From positions 527,752 through 591,751 of the forward strand of contig CAWEQC010000004.1 of assembly GCA_963811145.1 (NCBI GenBank): a DNA stretch of 64,000 nt. The letters are read 5' to 3'. Every line of letters starts with the position of its first letter. Position 1 is the first letter of the stretch. Below the pieces are notes generated by a model, which ran no database searches, was not told the DNA's origin, and saw only the letters and a program-made list of their open reading frames with translations. The position numbers and the translations under genes were made by a program. This DNA is from an uncultured Chloroflexia bacterium. Its GTDB lineage: Bacteria > Chloroflexota > Limnocylindria > QHBO01. This document shows positions 15,938-24,627 of this stretch, in pieces.

Positions 15938-17146
15938 ATGGCTGAATACTCCCGTCGGGATGCCGCCAATCGCTCTGGGGTCGATGCCAGCTACATCGAC
16001 CGATTGGTCGAGCTGGGGATCATCGTCCCCGACGCAACTGGCCGGTTGACCAAAGGGGATGTGCGCAGGGCGCAGATGGCCCAGACCCTGGAGTCGGCAG
16101 GGATCGCGCCGGAGACCTTGGCAGCCAGCATCAGGGACGGCGGCCAGTCACTCGGCTTCATGGATGCTCCGACCTACGCGCGCTTCGCGACGCTGAGCGA
16201 CGAGACGTTCGAGGAGCTGAGCGATCGAACTGGCCTGCCATTGGACCTGCTGAAGTTGATACGGGAGGCGGCAGGGGGAGCGATGCCGAGCCCCGATGAC
16301 CGGATCCGCGAGGATGAGCTGGCGGTTGTGCCGCTCATCGAGGCCGGATTGGCGATGGGCTTTCGGCCGATCTCGATCGCTCGTCGGCTGCGGGTGCTTG
16401 GCGACAGTCTGCGTCGGGTGGCCGAGACGGAGGCGGACGCCTACCGCGCGGACCTCATGGAGCCGATGCTCGCAAGTGGCGCCACGGCCGCCGAGGTGAG
16501 CGCCACGTCCACGTCCCCGGATACGCTCCAGCTGGACCAGGCGATGGATGAGGCTGTGCTCGCAATCTGGCACGCACAGCAGGTACGGCCATGGACGGCG
16601 GACCTCATCACCATCTTCGAGATATCGATGACCGAAGCCGGCCTGCTCAAGCCGATCAGACATCCGCCGGCGATGTGCTTCCTCGATATCACTGGATATA
16701 CCCGCCTGACCCACGACCGAGGTGACGAGGCCGCGGCCGACCTCGCCGAGCGCCTTGGCGGCCTTGTGCATCGCAGCGCGACCGAGCGCGGAGGCCGCCC
16801 GGTGAAATGGCTCGGCGATGGCGTGATGATCTTCTTCCGCGACCCCGGGCCTGGTGTGATCGCCGCCCTGGAGATGGTGGATGGCATCGCGTCCGCCGGT
16901 CTTCCCCCCGCGCACGTCGGCCTGCACGCGGGGCCTATGCTTTCACAGGCGGGCGACTACTACGGGGAGACGGTGAACGTGGCGTCGCGGATCGCCGAGT
17001 ACGCGCGGGCGGGCGAGGTGCTGGTTACCCAGGAGGTCATCGATGCGTCTGTCGATGTCGATGCGGCCTTCACTGAGATCGGTCCGGTTGAGCTCAAGGG
17101 AATCCCGGGAGCCATTCCCCTCCACCGGGCTCATCGCCCCGGGTGA
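15938..17146 (+). CDS. MerR-like HTH fused to a class III adenylate/guanylate cyclase domain
   Basis: Start moved to ATG 15938. N-terminus is MAEYSRRDAANRSGVDASYIDRLVELGII (HTH-like). C-terminal cyclase motifs: FLDITGYTRL, KWLGDGVMIFF, GLHAGPM, GETVNVASRI. Confidence 0.8.
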   Translation: MAEYSRRDAANRSGVDASYIDRLVELGIIVPDATGRLTKGDVRRAQMAQTLESAGIAPETLAASIRDGGQSLGFMDAPTYARFATLSDETFEELSDRTGLPLDLLKLIREAAGGAMPSPDDRIREDELAVVPLIEAGLAMGFRPISIARRLRVLGDSLRRVAETEADAYRADLMEPMLASGATAAEVSATSTSPDTLQLDQAMDEAVLAIWHAQQVRPWTADLITIFEISMTEAGLLKPIRHPPAMCFLDITGYTRLTHDRGDEAAADLAERLGGLVHRSATERGGRPVKWLGDGVMIFFRDPGPGVIAALEMVDGIASAGLPPAHVGLHAGPMLSQAGDYYGETVNVASRIAEYARAGEVLVTQEVIDASVDVDAAFTEIGPVELKGIPGAIPLHRAHRPG

Positions 17147-17178
17147 GAATCCGGCGCGAGTATGTGCCGGACCGAGCC

Positions 17179-17742
17179 CTAACCCAGTCTGGCGATCGCC
17201 TCATCGGTCGATACGACATCGGCGAATTCGTTGTGGAGGCTCGCAAGGGCCGTGCGGTGCATGAGATCAGCCGGGAAGACCTCGCCATCCGGACCTTCTC
17301 GTTCGAATGTGGCGCACGCGTCGCCGACGAACCAGGTCTCGAATCCGAGGTTGCCCGACATCCTCGCCGTGGTTGACCCACAGTGGTCAGTTGTCAGTGC
17401 TGCGATCACGACCGTTGTGGCGCCCGCTGCACGAAGCCGCTCTTCCAGATCGGTTCCGATGAATGCGGAGTTGACTTCCTTGGTCAGTACCGGCTCATCC
17501 CCCAGCGGTATCGCTTCCGGCTTGAAGTCGAACCCGGGATCACCCTCGTGGAAGAAGTGCCACTCCGGGTCGGGGTCGGGCACGCGGTGGCGAACATGGA
17601 CGATCGGCGCCTCCGCGGCCCGCCAGGCGGCGAGCAGCCGCGCAACGTTCGCCTCGGCATCAGGGTTGTTGCGCTCGCCCCAGTAGGGGTCGTCGAATGC
17701 TTTCTGCACGTCGACGATCACGAGGGTCGGTTTCTCAGGCAT
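17179..17742 (-). CDS. isochorismatase-family cysteine hydrolase
   Basis: TLVIVDVQKAF, HVRH, and the catalytic Cys context ALTTDHCGSTTA. Confidence 0.85.
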   Translation of the reverse strand: MPEKPTLVIVDVQKAFDDPYWGERNNPDAEANVARLLAAWRAAEAPIVHVRHRVPDPDPEWHFFHEGDPGFDFKPEAIPLGDEPVLTKEVNSAFIGTDLEERLRAAGATTVVIAALTTDHCGSTTARMSGNLGFETWFVGDACATFEREGPDGEVFPADLMHRTALASLHNEFADVVSTDEAIARLG

Positions 17743-17787
17743 GTCGAGACCCTACGCGCCGAGCGCTGCCGCCGCAATGGCGACGGG

Positions 17788-17874
17788 TGGTGCCGGAGGT
17801 GAGACTTGAACTCACACGAGCTTGCGCTCATCGGTGTTTGAGACCGACGCGTCTGCCGATTCCGCCACTCCGGC
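17788..17874 (-). tRNA. tRNA-Leu(CAA), type II, CCA encoded
   Basis: Minus-strand read: GCCGGAG..GTCGGT-CTCAAAC-ACCGAT..variable arm..GTGAG-TTCAAGT-CTCAC-CTCCGGC-A-CCA. All stems are Watson-Crick. Confidence 0.93.
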
Positions 17875-17901
17875 GCGGGGAGCCGTCATTATAGGAAGCC
17901 C

Positions 17902-18513
17902 ATGGCCGATGCCCCCGAGCAGCCACCAGCGCATCGCACACAGCCACTTCCGGACGAAGTGGCTGTCATCGCGCGGGCCGCTTCCGGGGACCGGACCGCG
18001 TTCGCCCAGCTCATGGAGCACTACCAGAGCGCCTGCTATGGCCTTGCCTGGCGCCTGCTCCACGATCCGGACCAGGCGGCCGATGCAACCCAGGATGCCT
18101 TCATCCACGCCTACAAGGCCATCGGCGCCTATCGGGGAGGAATCTTTCGCTCGTGGCTGCTGCGGATCACGGCCAATGCAAGCTACGACATCCTGCGGCG
18201 CGCGCAGCGTCGCCCCTCGAGCCCGCTGCCTGACCCCGATGAAGGGGCACCCGAGCTCCCTGACCTCGGCGCCATCAACCCGCATTCCGAGGCGATGAAG
18301 AGCGAGATGTATCGGCACCTGGAGGTGGCACTGCGCCTGCTGCCGCAGGATCAGAGAACCGCGGTCGTGCTGTGCGACGTCTATGGCATGGACTACAACG
18401 AGGTGGCCGCCATGACAAGCTCGGCGCTCGGCACGGTGAAGTCGCGCATCCACCGTGGGCGCCTGCGATTGCGCGAGCTGCTGGCCGAGCATCGGGAACT
18501 GTTCACGGGATGA
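17902..18513 (+). CDS. ECF-type RNA polymerase sigma-70 factor
   Basis: Region 2 (DATQDAFIHAYKAIGAYR...SWLLRITAN) and region 4 (AVVLCDVYGMDYNEVAAMTSSALGTVKSRIHRGR). Confidence 0.9.
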   Translation: MADAPEQPPAHRTQPLPDEVAVIARAASGDRTAFAQLMEHYQSACYGLAWRLLHDPDQAADATQDAFIHAYKAIGAYRGGIFRSWLLRITANASYDILRRAQRRPSSPLPDPDEGAPELPDLGAINPHSEAMKSEMYRHLEVALRLLPQDQRTAVVLCDVYGMDYNEVAAMTSSALGTVKSRIHRGRLRLRELLAEHRELFTG

Positions 18514-18532
18514 GGGCGTCTGGACCGATGGC

Positions 18533-19258
18533 ATGCTGATTCCAAATCACCCCGACGACGAGCGCCTCTCGGCGCTGGCCTCGCGAGACTCCGATGCGAT
18601 CGCCGACGCCACGCTTACGACGCACGTCTCCTCCTGCATCCGATGCACCGAGCTCGTGAACGAGCTCGGTTCACTGCGTCTTGCGCTTGCCGACCTTCCC
18701 GACCTTCAGCCATCGCGGCCGCTCCAGCTCGTCCCGCCCGTCGAGGCGGACCACGCTGTCGATCGATTGGGAGGCTGGGCGCGTCGCTTCTTCGCCCCGG
18801 TCCTCGTGTCGGGTGCCGCGCTCGTGCTTGTCGGTGTCGTCGGCACCGCCGGGCCAGCCCTCAGCGGAATGGCCTCCAGCGCGGGGGGAGCCGCACAGTC
18901 GGCCGCCCAGCAGGAGGTGGCGGCAGCTTCCGAGCCGCCGGCGGCCGGTGAGGCTCCAGCGCCGGACAAGGCCGCGGCTTCAATCGCCGCAGCGGCTCCC
19001 GGCTACGCGGAAGGTGGCGACAGCGCAACCCGCGACAGCGCGACCGCCGAACCCTCGGAATCGATCAAGACCTTCGCCTCGAACGGCGGGCTGGCCGCGG
19101 CCGATGAGCCCGAATCCCCGACGGACGCACAGGACGACGGAGCCACCACGCTCGTCGAGCCGGTGCGCTCGCCCTGGCCGATGGTCCTCTTCGCCGGCGT
19201 GGCGCTGATCGTCGCCGCGTTGCTCATGCGCTGGATCCTCGCCCCTCGGACGAGCTGA
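18533..19258 (+). CDS. anti-sigma factor (zf-HC2-like N-terminus, single TM, Ala/Pro-rich exterior, C-terminal TM)
   Basis: Start moved to ATG 18533. H-x3-C-x2-C (HVSSCIRCTEL) and position directly after the ECF sigma gene. Confidence 0.75.
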   Translation: MLIPNHPDDERLSALASRDSDAIADATLTTHVSSCIRCTELVNELGSLRLALADLPDLQPSRPLQLVPPVEADHAVDRLGGWARRFFAPVLVSGAALVLVGVVGTAGPALSGMASSAGGAAQSAAQQEVAAASEPPAAGEAPAPDKAAASIAAAAPGYAEGGDSATRDSATAEPSESIKTFASNGGLAAADEPESPTDAQDDGATTLVEPVRSPWPMVLFAGVALIVAALLMRWILAPRTS

Positions 19259-19262
19259 GGCT

Positions 19263-19405
19263 GAACCGTCCGGATTCACACGAGGTGGGCATAACGCACC
19301 GCGAAGGGCGGTTGACCCGTCGCTATTCACACCTGGCGTGAATTCGGACCGTTCAAAGGCCGGTTGACGCGCCTAACGCACGCCTCACGTGAATTTGGAC
19401 CATTC
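19263..19405. repeat. complete ~143-nt palindromic GTGAAT-box element
   Basis: Layout is box(-) 19263-19279, 34 nt, box(-) 19314-19330, 7 nt, box(+) 19338-19354, 34 nt, box(+) 19389-19405. The centre is the perfect ATTCAC-N7-GTGAAT at 19325-19343. It lies between convergent genes. Confidence 0.85.
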
Positions 19406-19427
19406 GCGTCCGGCGCGACCGGCCTGC

Positions 19428-19946
19428 TCAGAGGCTGAGGCGGCCCACCACGATCGCGCCGACCAGCAGCCCAAGGATCAGCGCCGCCGCCAGCACCGCT
19501 GCCCAGCCCGAGTCGCGGAAGGTTGGCGGTGGCGGGGCCGGGCGGGGTGGACGGCGCGTTCGCGGGGTCGGAATCTCGCCCGGCTGACGAACGGTCCTCG
19601 GCGCGGCGCGGGTCTCGGCCGCCGTCGCCCGCCACGTTGCCCAAGTGCGCGTCGAGGACGGCGACGCCGGGTAGATCGGCGAGCGAGACGGCGCCCAGTG
19701 GCCGATCGAGGGCCCTCCCGACGCCGGGTGGGAGCGGTCGTAATCGGCGCGGCTGGCGGGATTCGCGAGGATCGCCCAGGCCTCGTTGATCGTGCGCATG
19801 CGCTCGGCCTCGTCCATGGCCCCCTCGTGGAGGTCGGGGTGGTGGCGCTTCGCGAGGTGCCGATGAGCGCGCGCAACCTGCAGCGGCGAGGCATCTCGAG
19901 CGACGCCGAGGACGGCGTAGGGATCGAGGGTGCGACGGCCGGTCAT
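19428..19946 (-). CDS. J-domain (DnaJ-like) protein with C-terminal TM anchor
   Basis: Start moved to ATG 19946. DPYAVLGV...HRHLAKRHHPDLH (HPD motif), a Pro/Arg-rich linker, and the TM segment WAAVLAAALILGLLVGAIVV. Confidence 0.8.
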   Translation of the reverse strand: MTGRRTLDPYAVLGVARDASPLQVARAHRHLAKRHHPDLHEGAMDEAERMRTINEAWAILANPASRADYDRSHPASGGPSIGHWAPSRSPIYPASPSSTRTWATWRATAAETRAAPRTVRQPGEIPTPRTRRPPRPAPPPPTFRDSGWAAVLAAALILGLLVGAIVVGRLSL

Positions 19947-20025
19947 CGAGGCGATTCTACGGTGCCCGGAGCCGGCCGGATGGCGCGGCCTGCAGGTCGC
20001 CATCGGTCTAGACTCTGAAGCGCCC

Positions 20026-22914
20026 ATGCCCGACCGACGACCTCTCCTCATGCTCATCGACGGGCCTAGCCTCGTGTACCGCGGCTACTTCGCGTTGCCG
20101 CCGTTGACGATGTCGGACGGCACCCTGGTGAACGCGGTGTTCGGATTCCTCCAGATCGTGCTGCGCGGCATGCAGGACGTGAGGCCCGACTACGCGATCG
20201 TCAGCTTCGACGTCGGCAGGCCACAGTTCCGCTTCGACGCGTTCCCCGACTACAAGAAGGGCCGGCCGTCGATGCCCGATGACCTCCGCGCCCAGTTCCC
20301 GATCGTGCGGGAGATCACGGCGATGATGGGCATGCCGGTCCGCGAGCTGGAGGGCTACGAGGCCGACGACGTGATCGGGACGCTGACCAAGAAGGCGACC
20401 GCCCAGGGCATCGACACGATGATCGTGTCGGGCGATCTCGACGGCCTCCAGCTGGTCGACGATCACGTGCGCCTGCTCACGACGCGGATGGGCGTTGCCG
20501 CAACGGTCATCTACGACGAGGCCAGGGTGATGGACCGATACGGCCTGCGGCCCGACCAGATGCTGGACTACAAGGCGCTGAAGGGCGACACGTCGGACAA
20601 CATCCCCGGGGTGCCCGGGGTCGGGGAGAAGACCGCCATCAGCCTGCTCCAGCAGTTCGGGACGCTCGACGGCATCTACGAGGGGCTCGACCAGGTGAAG
20701 GGCAAGCTCCGCGACCGCCTGGCCGAGCACCGCGAGTCCGCCTTCATGTCCCGTGAGATCGGCCGGATCGTCACCGACCTGCCGGTCGAGCTCGACGTGG
20801 AGGAGGCTCGCACTGGCCGATACGACCGCCGTGCCGTGGCGCAGCGCTTCCGCGAGCTCGAGTTCCGGTCGCTGATCGACCGGTTGCCCGCATCGAGCAT
20901 CGCGCCGACCGGCCACGACAACCCCGATCAGCAGACGGCCGGCGGCCTCCAGCTCAGCCTGGACCTGCTCGGCGGGCGGGGCGCTGCGCAACCGGCCACC
21001 GACGAGCCACCCCGCGAGCGCCCCGACCCGCTGGCCGACCCCGGCGGCGCCATCGAGCATGTCGACCCGCGTATCGCCCGGTCGGCATCCGACGTCGACG
21101 AGCTGGGTTCGTGGCTGGAGGTCCAGGGCGACGCCGTCGGCCTCGGCTGGCTGGTCGGCAGCGGCCGCCCACTCGAGCGACGCCTGTTCGGCATCGCCCT
21201 CGCGGGCGCCGACGGGAGCGCGTGGTACGTCCCGTGCGATCCCGGCAGCGCGGCCGTCGAGCGCCTGCCGGCGGAGCTGCTCCGGGACGACCGCGTGCGC
21301 ATCGGTCACGACCTGAAGCAGCTGGTGACCACGCTCTGGGCGGATCGGGAGCTCGAGCTGCGAGGCACCTTCGTCGACACGCTCGTCGCCGGCTACATGG
21401 TCAACCAGGCGCTGCGGTCCCAGACGATCGATGATCTCGCGGCGCAGCACTTCGGCACCGAGCTGCCGCCCAGGGCGGTCAACCCCGAGACCGGCGCCGA
21501 GGAGCAGCCGATCGCGCGCCGCGCCGCCGCCGAGGCGCTCACCGCGCTGCTGGCCGTCCCGATCCTGCGTCGCCAGCTCGAGGAGGGTGGGCTGGCGCGG
21601 CTGTTCGACGAGGTCGAGATGCCCCTCCTGCCGGTGCTGGCGCGGATGGAGAAGGCCGGGGTCAAGATCGACCTCGAGGCGCTCGCTGCCATGAGCGAGG
21701 AGTTCGGCGCCACGCTGGCGGGTCTCGAGGCCAGGATCTACGCCCTGGTCGGGCACGAGTTCAACATCGGCTCACCGCGCCAGCTCGAGACCGTCCTCTT
21801 CGATGAGCTCGAGCTGCCGTCCACGAAGCGAACACGGACCAGCCGCTCGACCGATGCATCGGTGCTCGAGGAGCTCCGCGACAAGCACGAGGTGATCGGC
21901 CTCATCCTGGAGCACCGCCAGGTGTCCAAGCTCAAGTCGACCTATGTCGACGCGCTGCCGACGCTGGTGGACGGCGAGGACCGCCTTCACACCACCTACC
22001 AGCAGGCGGTGGCCGCCACCGGTCGCCTGTCCAGCACCGATCCGAACCTCCAGAACATCCCGATCCGGACGGCGCTCGGTCGCCGCATCCGCCGCGCGTT
22101 CGTCGCGCCGCCGGGCCGGCTGCTGCTCGGCGCCGACTACTCGCAGCAGGAGCTGCGCATCCTCGCCCACGTCTCGCAGGACCCGGGGCTCAAGGCCGAC
22201 TTCGCGGCCCACGCCGACATCCACCTCGCCGCCGCCGCGCGGGTCCTGGGGCTGGCGCCCGACCAGGTCGGGCCGAAGGAGCGGAGCGTGGCGAAGATGA
22301 TCAACTACGGGATCGCCTATGGGCTCTCCGACTTCGGGCTGGCGCAGCGGCTGAGCATTCCGCGGGAGGAGGCGCACGTCTTCATCGAGGACTACTACCG
22401 GGCATACCCGGGGATCCGCCGTTACACCACCGAGATGAAGATCCTGGCGCGCGACCAGGGGTTCGTGACGACCTTGCTCGGCCGGCGCCGATACCTGCCG
22501 GAGCTCTCGGCACGCAACCCGTCGCTTCGATCCGCCGGGGAGCGGATGGCCATCAACATGCCGATCCAGGGCACTGCCGCCGACGGCATGAAGATCGCCA
22601 TGGTGCGGCTGGACGTCGCGATTCGCGAGCGTGGCCTGCGATCGCAGATGCTCCTCCAGGTCCACGACGAGCTCATCTTCGAGACCGATGAGGAGGAGCT
22701 GCCGGCGCTGGCCGCCCTCGCCGAGGAGCTGATGAAGGGGGCGTTGCCGCTCGACGTGCCACTGGAGGTCGATCTCAAGGTCGGCGAGAACTGGGAGCAG
22801 ATGGACCGTTACGTCGAGGACGGCGCCGGTGGCTGGCGCCGCGTGCCGAAGAGCGCCGGCGACGTGGCTCGCGAGGAGGCTGAGGAACAGGTCGCGGCCG
22901 AGCTCGTTCCGTAG
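20026..22914 (+). CDS. polA: DNA polymerase I
   Basis: Start moved to ATG 20026. 5'-nuclease N-terminus (LLMLIDGPSLVYRGYF) and polymerase motifs RSVAKMINYGIAYG and LLQVHDELIFE. Confidence 0.95.
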   Translation: MPDRRPLLMLIDGPSLVYRGYFALPPLTMSDGTLVNAVFGFLQIVLRGMQDVRPDYAIVSFDVGRPQFRFDAFPDYKKGRPSMPDDLRAQFPIVREITAMMGMPVRELEGYEADDVIGTLTKKATAQGIDTMIVSGDLDGLQLVDDHVRLLTTRMGVAATVIYDEARVMDRYGLRPDQMLDYKALKGDTSDNIPGVPGVGEKTAISLLQQFGTLDGIYEGLDQVKGKLRDRLAEHRESAFMSREIGRIVTDLPVELDVEEARTGRYDRRAVAQRFRELEFRSLIDRLPASSIAPTGHDNPDQQTAGGLQLSLDLLGGRGAAQPATDEPPRERPDPLADPGGAIEHVDPRIARSASDVDELGSWLEVQGDAVGLGWLVGSGRPLERRLFGIALAGADGSAWYVPCDPGSAAVERLPAELLRDDRVRIGHDLKQLVTTLWADRELELRGTFVDTLVAGYMVNQALRSQTIDDLAAQHFGTELPPRAVNPETGAEEQPIARRAAAEALTALLAVPILRRQLEEGGLARLFDEVEMPLLPVLARMEKAGVKIDLEALAAMSEEFGATLAGLEARIYALVGHEFNIGSPRQLETVLFDELELPSTKRTRTSRSTDASVLEELRDKHEVIGLILEHRQVSKLKSTYVDALPTLVDGEDRLHTTYQQAVAATGRLSSTDPNLQNIPIRTALGRRIRRAFVAPPGRLLLGADYSQQELRILAHVSQDPGLKADFAAHADIHLAAAARVLGLAPDQVGPKERSVAKMINYGIAYGLSDFGLAQRLSIPREEAHVFIEDYYRAYPGIRRYTTEMKILARDQGFVTTLLGRRRYLPELSARNPSLRSAGERMAINMPIQGTAADGMKIAMVRLDVAIRERGLRSQMLLQVHDELIFETDEEELPALAALAEELMKGALPLDVPLEVDLKVGENWEQMDRYVEDGAGGWRRVPKSAGDVAREEAEEQVAAELVP

Positions 22915-23143
22915 CGATTCTCACGCCGTTTGCCGTGGCCACAACTATCGGCCGTCCGGAGGTGCGTCCCAGGCCTGCTGGTGCGCCCAGCGCAACGTGC
23001 GGCCATCCAGGCCTCGATACCAGCGTCACATTGGCCGTTAATTGCCGCCGGGGCAATGCCCGACGCGCGCGTCAGATTCATGCTCGTGCCGGAATCTGAC
23101 GGGTTGCGAGCGATGTGCGTGGTGATCCGGCACACTCCTCACC

Positions 23144-24058
23144 ATGCCGGAGCTGCCCGAAGTCGAGACGGTCGCGCGCGACCTCCAGCGCTGGGTCGCT
23201 GGAGCAACGATCACCGATGCCACGGTCGCCTGGGAACGCACGATTCGCCACCCGCTGCCGCCTGAGCGATTCGCCGCCGAGATCGCCGGTGCCACGATCC
23301 GGCGCGTGAGCCGGCGCGCGAAGACGGTCCTGCTCCACCTCGAGGACGGGCGGGTGATGACCGTGGCGCTGCGCATGACCGGCGCGCTGCTGGTCACGCC
23401 CGCCGGCACACCTCCGGATCCCTACGCCCGAGTCGTGTTCGCGCTGGCGGATGGACGGGAGCTGCGCTACCGCGACGTCCGGAAGTTCGGGCGGATCGGC
23501 CTGTGGCCGGGTGGCGGACTGCGGAGCGTCGGGGGTGGACGCGGGGCGCGGTCACGAAAGGTCAAGGAGGCGGGGCGGCGCTACCGGATCGGTGAGGTCT
23601 TCAGCGGCCACGGACCGGAGCCGCTGCAGCGCGGGTTCAGCGCTGCGCGGCTGGCGGAGCGGCTTCGCGGCCGATCGGCGAAGCTGAAATCACTCCTCCT
23701 GGACCAGAGCTTCATTGCCGGCGTCGGGAACATCTACGCCGACGAGGCGCTCTGGCGGGCGCGCCTCCACCCGCTTCGAACGGCCGACAGCCTCGATGAG
23801 CGCGAGGTGCGACGGCTTCATCGGGCGGTGCGCCAGGTGCTGCGGCAGGGGATCGCCAACCGCGGGTCGAGCTTCAGCGACTATGTCGGGGCCGATGGCG
23901 AGCCCGGTGACAATGCCGAGCGGCTGGCGGTCTATCGGCGCACCGATCAGCCGTGCTACCGATGCGGCCGGCCGATCCGGCGCATCGTGGTCGGGCAGCG
24001 GAGCACCCACTTCTGCCCTCATTGCCAGCCCGAGCCGCTAGCATCCGAGCCGGCATGA
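23144..24058 (+). CDS. mutM: formamidopyrimidine-DNA glycosylase
   Basis: N-terminal MPELPEVE, an H2TH region, and the C-terminal zinc finger CYRCGRPI...HFCPHC. Confidence 0.92.
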   Translation: MPELPEVETVARDLQRWVAGATITDATVAWERTIRHPLPPERFAAEIAGATIRRVSRRAKTVLLHLEDGRVMTVALRMTGALLVTPAGTPPDPYARVVFALADGRELRYRDVRKFGRIGLWPGGGLRSVGGGRGARSRKVKEAGRRYRIGEVFSGHGPEPLQRGFSAARLAERLRGRSAKLKSLLLDQSFIAGVGNIYADEALWRARLHPLRTADSLDEREVRRLHRAVRQVLRQGIANRGSSFSDYVGADGEPGDNAERLAVYRRTDQPCYRCGRPIRRIVVGQRSTHFCPHCQPEPLASEPA

Positions 24059-24627
24059 AGGTGATCGGTCTGACCGGCAACATCGGCTGCGGCAAGAGCA
24101 CCGTGGCCGGCATGCTGCGTGAGTCCGGCGTGGCGACCATCGACGCCGACGCAGTCACCCGGGAGATTCGCAACAACGACGCCGATGCGCGCGCCGAGAT
24201 CCAGGAGCGCTTCGGGACCTACGACGCCGATGAGCTGGCGCGGATCGTCTTCAGCGATGCCGGCGCGCTGGCCGACCTCGAGCGAATCCTCCACCCGCGG
24301 GTCCGCGGCGCGGTGCGCGCCAGGCTCGCCGAGCTGGACGAGGGAGGCATCGCGGTCGCCGGGGTCGAGGCCATCAAGCTGCTCGAGTCGCCGCTGGCCG
24401 ATGCCTGCGACCAGGTCTGGGTCGTGCGCTGCGAGGAGGCCGATGCGATCCGGCGCCTGGCCGAGTCTCGCGGCATGGACGAGGAGGCGGCCAGGAACCG
24501 TCTGGCGAGCCAGTCGTCGCAGGATGAGAAGGTCGCGGCCGCCGACGTGGTGATCGACGGGTCGGCACCGATCGAGGAGACGCGCCGCCAGGTGGAGCAG
24601 GCCCTGGCGGCGCTACGCTCGGCCTAG
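24055..24627 (+). CDS. coaE: dephospho-CoA kinase
   Basis: ATGA overlap with mutM. P-loop IGLTGNIGCGKSTV. Confidence 0.9.
   Translation: MKVIGLTGNIGCGKSTVAGMLRESGVATIDADAVTREIRNNDADARAEIQERFGTYDADELARIVFSDAGALADLERILHPRVRGAVRARLAELDEGGIAVAGVEAIKLLESPLADACDQVWVVRCEEADAIRRLAESRGMDEEAARNRLASQSSQDEKVAAADVVIDGSAPIEETRRQVEQALAALRSA

Noticed and set aside
13016-17874. Integrated genomic island at tRNA-Leu(CAA)
   Set aside because: The orientation fits, but I found no integrase or recombinase, no direct repeat of the tRNA 3' end near 13016-13060, and no visible composition change. It is kept only as a low-confidence hypothesis in the findings.
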